Origin: Octopus vulgaris
Taxonomy: Eukaryota
Length of the DNA: 64,000 nt
Assembly: GCA_951406725.2 (NCBI GenBank)
Contig: OX597819.1
Location: forward strand, 96,534,001 to 96,598,000
Direction: 5' to 3'
Made by a program: the position numbers and the translations under genes. The notes below the pieces were generated by a model. That model did not search any database and was not told the DNA's origin. It saw only the letters and a program-made list of their open reading frames with translations. Each line of letters begins with the position of its first letter. Position 1 is the first letter of the stretch. Shown here piece after piece: positions 14,251 through 29,455 of this stretch.

Positions 14251-14556
14251 ATTGTGACTCTCAAAAAGCTTTAAAATGTTCAATAGGAAGAAGAGACTGA
14301 ACAAGAATTTCGAATCGATCTGCGTTTACGATGACAATAAGCGATCATACACATCATTGGCAGGTAATAGGAATCACTTGTAGATAAGCCTGGTCAGTGG
14401 TCTCCTATTCGCCTATTCACTGTGATCCACTATGCAGCGCAGAACTGGTAACTTCTAACTTCTACCAGTTTTGTCTACTGAACGTCAGTCTTCGAAAACA
14501 ACGGTTTGGTGATTGATATACACGAGGTTTAAAGGGCTGAGAAGAAATGGATACAA

Positions 14557-14956
14557 TACTCTTTTCTTTTCTTTTACTTGTTTCAGTCATTTGACTGCGG
14601 CCATGCTGGAGCACCGCCTTTAGTCGAGCAACTCGACCCCGGGACTTATTCTTTTTGTAAGCCCAGTACTTATTCTATCGGTCTCTTTTTGCCGAACCGC
14701 TAAGTGACGGGGACGTAAACACACCAGCATCGGTTGTCAAGCAATGCTAGGGGAACAAACACAGACACACAAACACACACACATACATATATATACATAT
14801 ATACGACAGGCTTCTTTCAGTTTCCGTCTACCAAATCCACTCACAAGGCATTGGTCGGCCCGGGGCTATAGCAGAAGACACTTGCCCAAGATGCCACGCA
14901 GTGGTACTGAACCCGGAACCATGTGGTTGGTTAGCAAGCTACTTACCACACAGCCA
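14557..14956 (-). mobile_element. SINE family A (young)
   Basis: Nearly identical to the copy at 27402-27831. Confidence 0.95.
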
Positions 14957-15267
14957 GGGAACATCTAAATGTTTTTTCAAAGAGAATTCAAGATTTGTGT
15001 TCACCGATGGTACAAATGCTTCGCTTATGCTGAATATTATGCTCAGTAGTACGCTTGTGCAGGAACTTGTACTTTTCCTGCACAAACGTACTACTGAACA
15101 TAAGTTGAACAACCTATGTTAGTTAAAAAAAAGGTTATGCTCACATTTGCATTATTTTCTGTATAATCTTCATACCTGTCTTATCTCACATACCTCTCGA
15201 TTCTATAGTGCATATGGATGTGAGCACGCATGTGTGTTCGTATGCATGTATACGTTCACATGAAGAG

Positions 15268-15321
<54 letters not shown>

Positions 15322-15392
15322 TTTTCTGCTTATGTTTCACAATGTTCTAAAAGTGAATCATTATGTTAAACCAAATATTGTGCTTTGCTAAT

Positions 15393-15438
<46 letters not shown>

Positions 15439-16491
15439 CACACACTCATATGCGCACACACGAACACACGGTGGTTATAGTGTGTGTGAGTAATAACTTT
15501 CGTCGCACATCTGTGACCTACACACTGATTCCACTGTGACTGTCGTTTTTCATTTGGTGTCTCGTATTTATAGATATGCTACTGACCGGGCTCGTGGCTT
15601 CAGAATGTGCACACATGTACGACTACATCCTATGTTATGTTCTTATATGTATCATTGTAATTGGGGTGGAAGTGCGGGATTTACTGGATGAGCCTTTATA
15701 ATAGTTTGTTTTCGTTATACATGTATACACATACAGACACGCACACGCACATGTACGCATGTGCGTACGTATGTACCTATGTATGTACTTTTATATGTAT
15801 GTATGCATGTATGTATGTGTGTATGTATGTATGTATGCTATTATTCAGTTTTATTTCAAGATTTGTTGCCAATAGAGAAAGCCGGTTTCTAACCTAGATC
15901 TAAGGCTCCTTCATTGGCATTTCAACATCAATAGCAGGGTATTTTTGATTGTATGCATGTATGTATGTATGTACGTACGTACGTACGTACGTACGTATGT
16001 ATGTATGTATGTATGTATGTATGTATGTATGTATGTATGTATGTATGTATGTATGTATGTATGTATTTATGTATGTATGTATGTATGTATGTATACGTGC
16101 ATATTTGTGTGTTTTGTTTTATATATGTATGTATGTATTGTTTTCAATTAGATTTCGGAACTATTACACGTATTTAATGCTCTTGCTGTCGCATGTAACC
16201 TTAGACGTGAACACACACACACGCACGCACGCACGCACATACATACACACAATCTCTCTCTATCCCTTTTTACCCTCTGCTTCTGTTTGTGTGTGTGTGC
16301 GTATGTCTGTGTGCGTGCGTGCGCGTGTCCGTGTGTGTGTGTATACGTATATACACACATAAATACACATACTGACACACGTACACACACATGTGTGAAT
16401 ACCCTCACGTTTACACAGTACAGGCAAAAAATCTCGCCAACTGGCAGGGCATATATTTTGTAACTTGTACTGTTAGCTGTTTCATTACACA

Positions 16492-16573
<82 letters not shown>

Positions 16574-16602
16574 AACACACACACACACACTAGCGCGCGC
16601 GC

Positions 16603-16648
<46 letters not shown>

Positions 16649-17192
16649 ACACACACATATATATATATGCATGTATGTATGTATGTATGTATGTATGTAT
16701 GCGATAATAATTGCCCCTTGCTGTGAAAATATGGCGAATTTGATACGTCTGACTGCAGTTCAGCTGTTTTTATTCTTGTAACTCTCTCATTTCTACACAA
16801 CCGAACTCTGAAATTCCGACACCTGTAATAGTTCATTCTTGGTGTTGCTGTTTTTGTTGTTATTTGTGGTCGAGATCATGGTGGCGGTGGTGGTGGTGGT
16901 GGTGGTGGCATGTTTGTTGTTGCTGTTGTTGAGTTGACGGGTATAGTTGTTGTGGTTGCGATGATGTTATTTTTCGTGGTGTTACGTGTGTTGTTGCTGC
17001 TTATATTGTTGTTGTTGTTGTTGTTGCTGCAACTGCTGCTGCTTTTGTTGTTGTTTATGCTGTTGTTTCTTTTATGGCATGCTCCGAATTACATTGTCCT
17101 TTCGTTAAGCAGCAAGATGTAACTTGGGTAATGACTGCTATTTTTAGCACGTCATGTGATTACGTAGAATATAGTTGGGTATTGCAATAGAA

Positions 17193-17411
17193 CAGTGCTT
17201 TTCAAACTTTTTGCTGGGGCGGAACCCCAAGGAAACATTCTACTGGCTCGAGGAACCCCTGTGCAATAATTTAATAGTCTTATGCACGCATATCTGCACA
17301 GGAAACTTAAAAATTACTGCCGATTTTAGCAGTTTTGTAACTTCTTGCGGAACCCCTACACTGTACTGGCGGAACTTTAAGGTTCCGCGGAACCCTGGTT
17401 GAAAACCACTG
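17193..17411. mobile_element. non-autonomous hAT (Buster/Charlie-type) MITE
   Basis: TIRs CAGTGCTTTTCAA / TTGAAAACCACTG, perfect 8-bp TSD CAATAGAA (nnnTAnnn), subterminal GGAACCC repeats. Confidence 0.93.
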
Positions 17412-17510
17412 CAATAGAATATAACATATTCAGGGTTGCTGTCCTTTGTTACGTATTGTAGCACAGAGGAGCTATAGGCTTACTTTTCTAATCTATGTAT
17501 TACAGGACTC

Positions 17511-17821
17511 GTGGAGGCACATGGCCTAGTGGTTAGAGCAGCGGACTCGCGGTCAAGGGATCGCGGGTTCGAATCTAAGACCGGGCGGTGTGTGTGTTTA
17601 TGAGCGAAACACCTAAGCTCTACGCGGCTCCGGCAGAAGATAATGGCGAACTTCTGCTGACACTTTCGTCACAACTTTCTCTCACCCTTTCCTCCTGTAT
17701 CTTGCAGCTCACTTGCGACGGACCGGCGTCCCGTCCATGTGGGGAACCTATACGCCAAGGAAACCGGGAAACCTTATGAGCCAGGCATGGCTCGAGAAGG
17801 AACAAACAACAAAACAAAAAC
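17511..17821 (+). mobile_element. tRNA-derived SINE family C
   Basis: A box TGGCCTAGTGG, B box GGTTCGAATC, (AAAC)n tail; flanks ATTACAGGACT / ATTATAGGACT look like a TSD. Confidence 0.9.
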
Positions 17822-18316
17822 ATTATAGGACTGCGAGGGAAGGTCGATGATCCTACAGAATATAGAAAGTCACGGGTGTAGATTTTGCACTAAAATTCAG
17901 TTGAATGCAAGAAATTGAATTTTGCAACAAGCCGTATACATTATGTATAAGGAAGAATTTAACAAGATTTAATAATAATTAAAATATATCAAGACAAAAA
18001 TCCTCAGGGATTTAACAGAAATGCGTACGAATGTCAGCCAGCACAGTTTGTTTAATCAAGTGATGTGTAGATATTTTAGTTGAAGCGGATTGGTAGGGAA
18101 TCGAGCGAGTTTCAGATCGGTGGGGATCAAATTTTCTTTACAGAAGGCGACACAAGATCTGCGTTTAAGCATGAAAGAGAAACACATTTGTAGAGCAACA
18201 CGGCGGTGGGAAACCTCGTTTCTTGTGGGCGTTTCATTGTAAAAGATGTGTGGCTGTGAATGTACATGTACGTATGTTTATATGTGTATGCATGCACTTC
18301 TGCAGACTGTAAAAGT

Positions 18317-18370
<54 letters not shown>

Positions 18371-18659
18371 TCGTGTTTCTATATGCATAGGGGGTAGATT
18401 GTATATATTTGTGAGTAATTGTATCTCTGTGGGGGAAAGGCTGTGCGTTTTGCGACGTGTGTGTGTAGAAAGTATGTTTGTGTGAGTTTCTATATATATT
18501 TTTTTCTGTCGGAGAGATTGTGTGTGTTCGTGTTTGAATTTGTCTGTATGCGACTGACTGCACATTTGTGTATATGTGTGTGTGTGTGTGGGGGGAGCTA
18601 CTATGTAGCAGACATTTCAAACATTCATTCTGAACTCTAAAGCAGATGCCACCATGCAG

Positions 18660-20210
18660 AGTCGGTGCTGCTCAATGTCACCGTATGTAAGAGGTATCAC
18701 AGTGTTAGAATGTCTCAATATCATCATAATATGATGTATTACATCATAAACTGTGATACATAATATAATGTATCAGAGTGTACAATGTCTTACTACTATT
18801 ATATGTATAAAAGAACCACAATATATGTGACAATATCACCGTAAACGTAATTGTGCCATATTATAACAGTTTCACTATGTACGTGAAACGACATAACAAG
18901 TCACCATATATATATACAACAATGCCAGTACATATGTGTTATTATAAATGGGACGTTACTCTATATGTAAAATGTTTCTCCATATATATGTCACAATGTA
19001 ACGACGTCATAATACATGTAACAAAGAATCACAATATCTGACATTGTCACTATACATATCACAGTGTCACTAAATACAGGGTGTGGTGAATAAACTGTCG
19101 TCTAAATTACACAAAAATGAAAATGTCACTGACATCTCATTTTAACAGATATATTTACTAAAATTATATTAAAATATCTTCAAATACTAAAGAATAAATT
19201 CATTCAATAAAATCGCCATTAGCTTCAACCATGGCCTCCAGATGACTTCGGAATCTCCTGGAGGTCTCCTTGTTTAAGTTGGTGAATGTTGCCATAATCG
19301 CTGCTTTCGGTTAATCTATGGTGTTACAATGAGTTTTGTTGGTCTCTCGCTCAACTGCGCCCTACACATAATAATGAAGGGGTTTGCAGTTTGGGAAGTT
19401 TGGTGGCCAGATGTTAGGAGTGGTGTAGTCACAGAAATTGTATGACAACCATGACTGGGTTCTTCTGGTTGTGTGGTATGGTGCAGAGTCCTGTTGCCAG
19501 ACATACGTTCTTCCAGCAGCCACCCTCTTGACCCAAGGCAGCACTATCTCCTCTAGACCCTTGAGGTAGGCCTCCGTGTTGAGTCTGAGGCCGTGTGAGA
19601 AGATGAATGGCGGCATAACGTCGCCATCACTAATGATCACTCCAAACACCATGATGTTGACTGGATGTTTGATTTTTATCACTCTCAGTACATATCCTCA
19701 GATTGCACTGTCCTCAAATTGACACCCAAACACTCCCAACTATTCATATTGGAGCTTCCGGCGCGAATGCCAAGCAGTGCAGCATATCGTTTCTAAATTT
19801 CTGACAGAGTGAATTGCGTCGTGGTGCTGTTTTTCTCACGGACGGTGCCCAACTGACCCTACTATACTGTGTAGTCGACACAATAAAAAAAAAAACAATG
19901 TGCATGCACGAAATTAAAAGTATAAAATGGCTACAATTTACCTATCGCATCCGGTGTATATAATATCACTTTATATGAAAGTGGGTCATGTTATATGCAA
20001 CTGTGTCACTATACATCTAACAATACCACTTTGTGTATATTACCACTATGTATACATTGTCTTTGTCACAGTATGTTTACTTGTCACAATATTTGACAGT
20101 GTCACTTTATATGTAACAGAGTCACTATATATGTGTTGAATGTCGCTATATATGTAACAGTGTCACTATATTTGTAATAGTGTCTTATATAATAATGAAG
20201 TGTCATTGTG
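18660..20210. repeat. degenerate ~20-bp minisatellite (TGTCACTATATATGTAACAG-like), split by a transposon
   Basis: GTCACTATA/GTCACAATA recurs at about 20-bp spacing on both sides of 19077-19956. Confidence 0.75.
19077..19956 (-). mobile_element. Tc1/mariner DD37D (maT) internal-deletion derivative
   Basis: TA-flanked imperfect TIRs; ORF 19362-19682 has KHPVNIMVFG..WQQDSAPYH..WPPNFPNCKPLH, with 37 residues between D and the (mutated) third D position. Confidence 0.9.
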
Positions 20211-20865
20211 GGAAGAGTCATAATGCTAGCAGAAGTGGTGGTGATGGTGATGGTGATGGTGCCGGTGGTGCCTGTGGTGGAATCGTTGTTGTTTAACTGT
20301 TGAGCAATGTCACCATTCCACCTTCCGAGGTCTGTGCAAATCTATATTATCTAATTTTTTCCTTTTCTCATTTGAAACCAGTGCGTTGAGAGCTGAGCGA
20401 AACTTGGAATCTTTTTCAAGCAATTTGACCGACCTCGCAGAAGCTCATTCGTTGACCTCATTACTACTTCATTTCATATTTCTTTATTGCCCACAAGGGG
20501 CTAAACATAGAGGGGACAAACAAGGACAGACTGGTACTTAATTTATCGACCCCTACTACTACTACTGGTACACGACAGCAACAACAAATAATTTTGTATG
20601 CAATAATACTCCACCACCTTTAGAAGGCCGGTAATAGGAAGTTGTGACCTTCATACTTTTCACAAGCATATTGATGATTTTTTAAGTGTCGGTAAGTGCT
20701 ACTGGAGAGAACCGAAACTGATTTTCTGGCGACTTACTAATTCGGAAAACTAATAACATTCGTCATCGTCATCATCATCATCATCATCCTCCTCCTCCTC
20801 CTCCTCCTCCTCCTCCTCATCATCATCATCATTACCATCACTATCATCATCATTGTCATCACCAC

Positions 20866-20925
<60 letters not shown>

Positions 20926-21159
20926 TAGCGATTGCAATAACTATATATATATATAAAAAAATCTTCAAAACATAATAAAGCCAATAGTTCGTTATTAGAA
21001 GCGAGGATATCTTTGTCAGTTTTGAACTGTGTAATAGAATAGAAACGAAGCACACGTCTTTCTGTCTCTGTTCCCGCTTATCAATTACCCTCCTCCCCTC
21101 TTTCTTCCCCCCTCGTTTACCTCTCTCTATCTCACTTTCTGAATCAGTCTATCTGTATG

Positions 21160-21198
<39 letters not shown>

Positions 21199-21385
21199 TC
21201 TCTCTCTATCCCTTTCTCTTTCTTTCTTTCTTGCCTCCAACATCTCAGTATTTCCTTATATGATTCTTCTCCTCCTTCCTCCTCTTCTTTCATTATTACT
21301 AGAAAATAGACATTTCACTTCAGCAAAAATCTCTTGCCTCTTCTCTTTAACGCCCTCTCCTACCCATCAAAAATCGCATACGCCA

Positions 21386-21451
<66 letters not shown>

Positions 21452-23522
21452 CACACACACACGCACGCACACACACATACACACACACACACAAACACAC
21501 ACATACACACAAACACACACACATATATATAGGTTTTCTGTTTTCTATTTTGGTTTTACTTTCTTGTCAGCAATATTCTATAACACCTCCTTTGATCATC
21601 CTATTACAAAAATGGTGGTTTTTGCTTCAGTATTTGTTAATCTAGGCAATTTGACACAGATGTAGCCAGTTTTACCGACAAATTACCCAGAGACCATCAT
21701 CACACCAGTCTCTTTTCAGATTATCCTTGCCTAAATTGAAATTTTATATTAGTTTTCAAATAAGAGGGAAAAGAAGAAACTCTCAAACACACACACGTAT
21801 ATGCACACATATATATTTATACATTAACAAACACACACACACAAACATACACACACAGACTCATACATTCACACGCATACAGATGCACACACATAAAGCA
21901 CATACTCTCTCTTTCTCTCTCTATCTGTCTCTTCCTCTTTCATTCTTTCTCTCTCATTCAATGAAGTGTTCTTTATTATATTTTCAGAAAATAGCTTTCT
22001 TGTTGGATCAAAACATTGTTTGAATTCGTTTATTTCATTTAACAATTAACACATTTATTTCTTTCTTGTTTGTTATTTTTGACGCTATTAAAAAAAATAT
22101 TCACATTAGTAAAATAGAGCCGAGAATGCTGACGTTTATTGCAATGAAGTCACCTTTGACAAAAATACGTTATCGAAGCGAAAAGCCTTTATTAACACTT
22201 TGGAGGTAACGGCTCTTCGATTTAGACATCAAAGGAAGAAGAATAAATAAATAAATTAATTAATAAATTGGTTTTAGAACGGCAACAAACCGTGATAGAA
22301 AATAAATTATTTAAGATTGGTTCGATTTTCAATGGCAACGTTCGTACCTTCGCCCCAAGTCTTTGAGAAAATGTTACATTTCAGATGTTATCAAAGGTGA
22401 TATTGAAAGATGACCGTTTCTTTAAAAATATACGAAATGCAAAGCTCTGCTGGATAAATACAGTGGCACTAAAGTCTGGTAGTAATTTCCATGTTTTTGC
22501 CATAGTTTTATGTTTAAAGACGTTCCAACTATGATCATTCTGCCTTATTCGGTATCCTTCTGTTTCTAAGGAGGTGGATGTGATTTAAGGGAAATTTCGC
22601 CCGTTTTGTGTTAGCTGGAGTGATAATGTAGTTGATCGCTGATTGGTTGGAGAATACTTGCCTGTTGGTATGTTGCCATGTGTGCTATACGTCAAATCTT
22701 AAGTAGACGATTGCCACTCTTCACTCTGTAAGAGCTTTCTATAAAGATGCATCATCATCATATAACCTAAAACCTTCACACCAGGCATTCACTGTTTCTA
22801 TGGAAATAGATTTGAGGATATTCCTCAATCCATTCCTGAGTATTTAGTCTCTTTTAATCACGTCATCATCTTCATCGTCGTATGTCACATCACCCTAACA
22901 ATCAACGTCACAGTTATCGCCACTGTCATCGCCACTATCATCGCCACTGTCATCGCCAATGTCATCGGCACAACTATCCTCACTGTTGTTGTCGTCGTCG
23001 CCGCTGTCATCGCCGTCACCGCCGCCACCCCCACCCCCATCACCGTTGGCACTGTCATCCTCGTCTTCCTCGTGGTCATCATTGTCATCATCGACATCTC
23101 CGTCATTGCTATCTATTAATATCTTTGTGTGTCCTAACAGAGTTCTTACGCACTAAAGATGTAAACTCATTCGAGTTCCTTACCTATTTTTTTTTTGTTC
23201 TGTTTTCTTAGTACACCCAGAAAATTTATTCCTTTGTAATGGCGGTCCAGGCTGGACTTAACGCACAAAGCTTAGAATAACTATCATAAGGCATCTCTCC
23301 ATCCCTCTAACAATTCTGATTATCTATCGCCCGGGACTGATACTCTATTTTATCGTTGAAAGACAGTTAACCTCGAACGGATTGAAACTCAGAGTACAGA
23401 ACACGGGAATAGTTATCCAGAAGGCATTTGTATTTTATCCGACACTCTGACAGCTCATTATATTGCACACATCAAAGACACAGCCCTGTACTTTACACTG
23501 AAACAACACAACTTTCACAGTC

Positions 23523-23889
23523 TCGCAGGGGTGACTGTGTGGTAAGAAGCTTGCTTCCCAACCACATGGTTTCGGGTTCAGTTCCACCCAGTGAGACTTT
23601 AGGCAAGTATTTTCTACTATAGACTCGGGCCGACCAAAGCCTTGCAGTGGATTTGGTAATTGGAAACTGAAAAAGGCCCGCCGTATGTGTGTGTGTGTGT
23701 GTGTGTGTCCGACAGCGGTTGAAACCGATGTTGGTGTGTTTATGTCCCTGTAACTTTGCGGTTCAGCAATAAAGACCGACGGAATAAGTACTAAGCTTAC
23801 AAACAATAAATCCTGGCGTCGATTTCTTTGACTAAACCCCTTTAAGGCATTGCTCCAGCATGGCCGCTGTCAAATAACTGAAACAAGTT
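23523..23889 (+). mobile_element. SINE family A
   Basis: Head, body and tail match family A. Confidence 0.88.
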
Positions 23890-23946
23890 TTAAAAAAGGT
23901 GTTGGAGCTCGCAATCCCTGATAATCTTTCATGGTCAATCTACCCC

Positions 23947-24011
<65 letters not shown>

Positions 24012-24325
24012 TAATAATAATAATAATAATCAATCCTTGGATGGAATTTATAAATATTTAATGCATCACTACGCGCGTTTCTACAAATTATATGTTTCTT
24101 AAGATCACAGTCTGTATTCCTGGGATGATTACAGTGCAATCCGTAGTATCCTTGGATATCGGGTGTATCATGCTCATGCATTCATTTCTTCGGGCGATAT
24201 AGCATTAATAAATGTTTAATTGAGTTCAACGTGATCCCTAAAAAATCTGATATCTTTGTAAGCGTCTTCATAGAATAGAAGCATTTATATGCATATTCAA
24301 AACATTTCCTGTAGACGAACTTTAA

Positions 24326-24367
<42 letters not shown>

Positions 24368-24566
24368 ATCTATCTATCTATCTCTCAGTTTTGACGTATG
24401 AGGTACCGACAACCAACTCTTTGTCAGTCATAATTTTCTTTAGCGACACCGACTGATATTGGCAGCAGAAACGGGTGTAAGCAATGTTCCAGCTTTGTAT
24501 TTAAAAATATTTAACTGATGGTAGTCAATTTGTTTGTTGTTCAAAATTTTTCTCCATTTTCTGCTC

Positions 24567-24640
<74 letters not shown>

Positions 24641-24720
24641 TAAAATTTTGGCAACGAATACCATACCGAATTTAGAAATAGCAGTAAAGAGTTATAGCTA
24701 TTTCTTCTACATAAAAACAG

Positions 24721-24780
<60 letters not shown>

Positions 24781-25574
24781 CTGAATCATCATCAAAAATT
24801 AAGTTTCTCATTTGGGGCTAGAACACAATTCTTACTAGCTGTGATTGTCTTTCAGTAAGACTTACGTTCAAGTTGTGCCCGCATTTTGGTGCGACGCTTC
24901 CACAAGCACACATACTAAAACATACATACCCACACATCCACAAATATCTATACTATATTCGAAAGAAATTCATTGGTGTTGTTATTGTTGTGATATTGCG
25001 GTTAAGATGGCTATTATTATTGTTTTTGTTATTGTTGCTGTAGTTAGATTTATCATAATGATATTGCTCCTGTTCTTCTTGTTATTGCTATGTCCATCAC
25101 TATTAGATTTATGTTGTTGATGTTGTTATTGTTGTTGTTGTTGTTGTTGTTGTTCTTCTTCTTCTTCTTCTTCTTCTTCTTTCTCTTCTTCTTCATTATT
25201 ATCATCATCATCATCATTATCATCACCACCACCACCATCATCACCATCATCATCCCCATCATCGTCATCATCATCATCATCACCACCACCACCACCACCA
25301 CCACCACCACCACCACCACCACCGCCACCACCACCACCACCATCATCATCATCACCACGAAAAAAATAGTTTTGTTGCTATCCTCTGATATTGTCTTCAT
25401 CACTGTCATAATATATTTATTAAACAACTATTTTTTTTCATATGTTTCGCTGCATTATCTTCTCTCTACCATAACAGACGGGAAGAAATAATAAATCAAC
25501 GAGAAATGTAAAAGAAAAAATTTTTTTTAAAAAACAAATATCCGATTTTTTTTTTATTAAACAATGATATAAGG

Positions 25575-25780
25575 GGGTGAGCTGGCAGAATCGTTAAGCG
25601 CCTCACAAAATGCTTAGCGGTATTTTTTCTGACTCATTATGAATTCAAATTCCGCCGAAGCAGAAATTACCCCTCATCCTTTAGGATTCGATATAATATC
25701 TACCAGTTGAGCACTGGACTGATGTAAATAGATTAATCCCTTTTATCGAAAATTTCTGGACTTGTACCAAAATATGAACC
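25575..25780 (+). mobile_element. SINE family B (diverged)
   Basis: GGTGAGCTGGCAGAATCGTTA..AATTCAAATTCCGCCGAAG. Confidence 0.75.
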
Positions 25781-26060
25781 ATTATAAGAGGTCCGTTTCA
25801 AAGGGTAGGCATTTTAGTGAATATTCCCGTTGTAGAGGAGGATCTTCATCATAGCCCTGATCAGATTGAGAACAATTTTTTCGGGAATTGCTAATTCCAT
25901 ACAAGACCATAAAACAATAATTAAACATATAAAAGATTTGCTAACATAAAAGTAATTTATAAACATTCATAACAATTTATAAAAATATTCAGTAGCACTA
26001 CATCTGATAATATCTTAACCTAGATCTTTGGGGTCATATGTCTCCACATAATATGTGTGT

Positions 26061-26096
<36 letters not shown>

Positions 26097-26329
26097 ACTA
26101 TACATAAAATTCTGTAACTTACATTGTAACCACTATTGCGATGATACGGCAACTAAAACATGATCAGTAACGAGCTAAAAACTTTGATAGAGAGCCTCAT
26201 CTGCGGCTTCAGAGAATTTGATCTAAAACTAGACACTTGAGCACAGTTAATGTTTTTCGTGTGACAATGAATTTACACAGTGACAGTTACTTTCATAAAA
26301 TCTATCTAAAGTGTTTATTCATTAACAAA

Positions 26330-27075
26330 AGTTCTAGTCACCGTCCTCCATCATTGCGAATCTGGTTAAAATTATCAGCATACGCTTGTGAAGTGTCTTC
26401 AGATGAGACCTCTTTCACAAGGTCGTCTCAGTATTATGATACGCTTATATCAAGCAATTTCAAACAGAAAATTCAATTAATAACAAATACCGCAAGCAAA
26501 ACAAATCTCCATAAACAACGTACACTCAAAAGTCTACGTTCTATTTGTCATCCTCCATTAATCTCAATGTTAGGCTAAATGCAACACTGAGTTATTCGGT
26601 TCAGTACAAATCTTTTCCTCACCAATCAAAGAACTCTTAAAATAATTAACAGAAACATCATTAAATTAAGTTACAACTGCAGACCTAACTTCGCATGACG
26701 TATAACAAACATCAACAACAAAAATCTATCACGTTCTATCAGATCTAACATCTTTGCAACATACAACTTCAAAAACCCTTCAAATTGTTAACTCCGACAA
26801 TCTAAGCCTAAAAGATTAGCAGTCTACGACGCAGATGTTTTTATCGTCATCAGAAACACAACCAAATCTCTCACATCAGTATAACCGAGAAGACTTTCAA
26901 ATCTAAATATTCTAGTAGCAGGTGCCCTCCGTAAATATCAGCCGAAGAACATGTGCAAGTTTATCCAAGTACATATGGTCGCTAAAAGACCAACATAACA
27001 CCAACTAGACAATAAAGGTAAAAATAAGATTATGGAAAATTATTTAACCAGGATGGATACTGCAACCTATATAAT
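26330..27075 (+). pseudogene. Penelope-like element remnant (RT C-terminus, linker and GIY-YIG region)
   Basis: LKIINRNIIKLSYNCRPNF..I.N.NNK, ITEKTFKSKY and SLSKYIWSLKD motifs typical of PLE ORF C-termini; multiple stops. Confidence 0.75.
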
Positions 27076-27401
27076 GTAGAGGAGTTGGCCATGGTGGACC
27101 CACTGAACATCTTAGCATTCACGGGTAACTTAACCGGAGGACTACGATGTTATCTATATGCCCACAAACAATAACAACAAGTAACACCAATCTCTATACG
27201 GCCAATTTCTCAGTCCACTTTATACAACACTGAAAGTCTGTATACTACATTCAATAATGCATGCTTCAATGCCTACATCTAACAATCCATAGTCCGTACT
27301 ATTCGACACAATTACCACCGTTAGCACCACATATTTCACGTTTGAGACTGCAAATCTCTAATCCCAAAATTCTAATCACAAACGTGCATACATATTCATG
27401 T

Positions 27402-27620
27402 ATACTCTTTTACTCTTTACTCTCTTACTTGTTTCAGTCATTTGACTGCGGCCATGCTGGAGCACCGCCTTTAGTCGAGCAAATCGACCCCGGGACTTAT
27501 TCTTTGTAAGCCCAGTACTTATTCTATCGGTCTCTTTTGCCGAACCGCTAAGTGACGGGGTCGTAAACACACCAGCATCGGTTGCCAAGCAATGCTAGGG
27601 GGACAAACACAGACACACAA

Positions 27621-27665
<45 letters not shown>

Positions 27666-27831
27666 TACGACAGGCTTCTTTCAGTTTCCGTCTACCAAAT
27701 CCACTCACAAGGCTTTGGTCGGCCCGGGGCTATAGCAGAAGACACTTGCCCAAGATGCTACGCAGTGGGACTGAACCCGGAACCATGTGGGTTGGTTAGC
27801 AAGCTACTTACCACACAGCCATTCCTGCGCC
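27402..27831 (-). mobile_element. SINE family A (young, full length)
   Basis: Complete from head to tail. Confidence 0.95.
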
Positions 27832-28369
27832 TATGCTCAGACTTTTATCGTTGTTCGTAACCTCAACATACCCTAATCGTTATTTGGTGCTACAATAATA
27901 CAATAACTGACTTTATATGCCCAGGAGCATTGTAATATAATTTTTTATTGTGTCGTTCAGTTTTGCATTTAATTTACATTTTTCATATGATTTTAAATAT
28001 ATATCTTTCATTCTTACATTTTTCATTCTTCATTCTTTGAATATTTTAAATAATTATTGTAGTTTTTTTACACACTTATTTGTGTATTTTTATAAATCGA
28101 CTTTTTTAATATTGATTCATATATTTCTTTTATTTTCATAATTACAAATTTATGCATTTGAGATGCTACCTGAATCTTTATGAACTTCAATAAAATTTCG
28201 TAATGTTTGAAATGTTTATATTGATAACCTTGAAAATTTTGCTCTGAGTACAAGCTGTTATTGGTTGTCAGGCAAATTTTAAATGCTTTCTAAATATAAT
28301 CATTGTCTACATTCTCTATTGTTGAATTTTTAAGTATTCCATTCACACACACACACAGACACAGACACA

Positions 28370-28409
<40 letters not shown>

Positions 28410-28491
28410 CACACACACTCACGCACACACACACACACACATACACACACACATATTCACACGCTCTCTCTCTCACACACAGAGGCTATTT

Positions 28492-29424
28492 ATGTTTTCT
28501 AGCTAGCAGAACCTCGGAACTATTAATTACTCAACGATGGCTACTCCACTACTTATCAGGCCGAAGATACCTTAGTCCTTTAGATAATAGATGTCTCAAA
28601 AAATACTGTATAGAGATGCACGGTACCTGTTGAGAAATTCCAATTATGTATAAATCGGCTCGTGTGGTACTACCTTTAAAGTTAGAGAGAGTAACCACTA
28701 TTTTAGCTTCAAATCCCAAGCTAACAACACTTCTTTATCTCGGCTAATTCATAACCTGAAACAAAATTCAGTTCTATATAATTTAAAGTAGTTCTTAGTT
28801 ACCCATGCTAAATCGTATAACGTCTATAACAACAAATGTGATCTGTGTATGGCCGATGTGTTCTGTTACACAATCTACCAACTGTCCGAATGACAGTAAC
28901 TATATAATTTTTAATTGAAAACACCGATTATACAACGCATTCTCAAAGTACAATTAATAATGCCCTCCCCTGTTATTCCCTAACTATTCTTCTGCCCTCA
29001 CTTGCAGCTCTTCTATGTATTTATAAAAGACAACTTTTTAACTACCTTTATATTTTTATATCTGATATTTTTTCTTAACCTCGTGATCTCCCTACAAATT
29101 CCTTCAGCACATGCAGGTGCCAACGCGAGCATGCACACCTATCAGATACTACAAGTGCACAAAGAAAATACGCGCGTGCGCGCTAATAAGCATTTGTATA
29201 GTTTTACTGTTAAGTGATAAACTACCAATTTACTAAAAACTTCTATGTTCTCCTATTGATCAGATACATTATATCCCACCTCATTCTTCCTCCCTCTGTT
29301 CTCGTAACAAATTCCAACTTACTACCACTCCTAAATTTTCTCTTTCTCTTCTCCTCCTGGTATTCTTCCTCTCAATTTTTCTTCGATTCTGTTTAAATGT
29401 ATACACACGGATGTCACAGTATAT

Positions 29425-29455
<31 letters not shown>

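Noticed and set aside
17511-17585. tRNA-like sequence (also 32680-32749 and 52215-52286)
   Set aside because: No proper acceptor stem, and it continues into a SINE body and tail; these are SINE heads, not tRNA genes.
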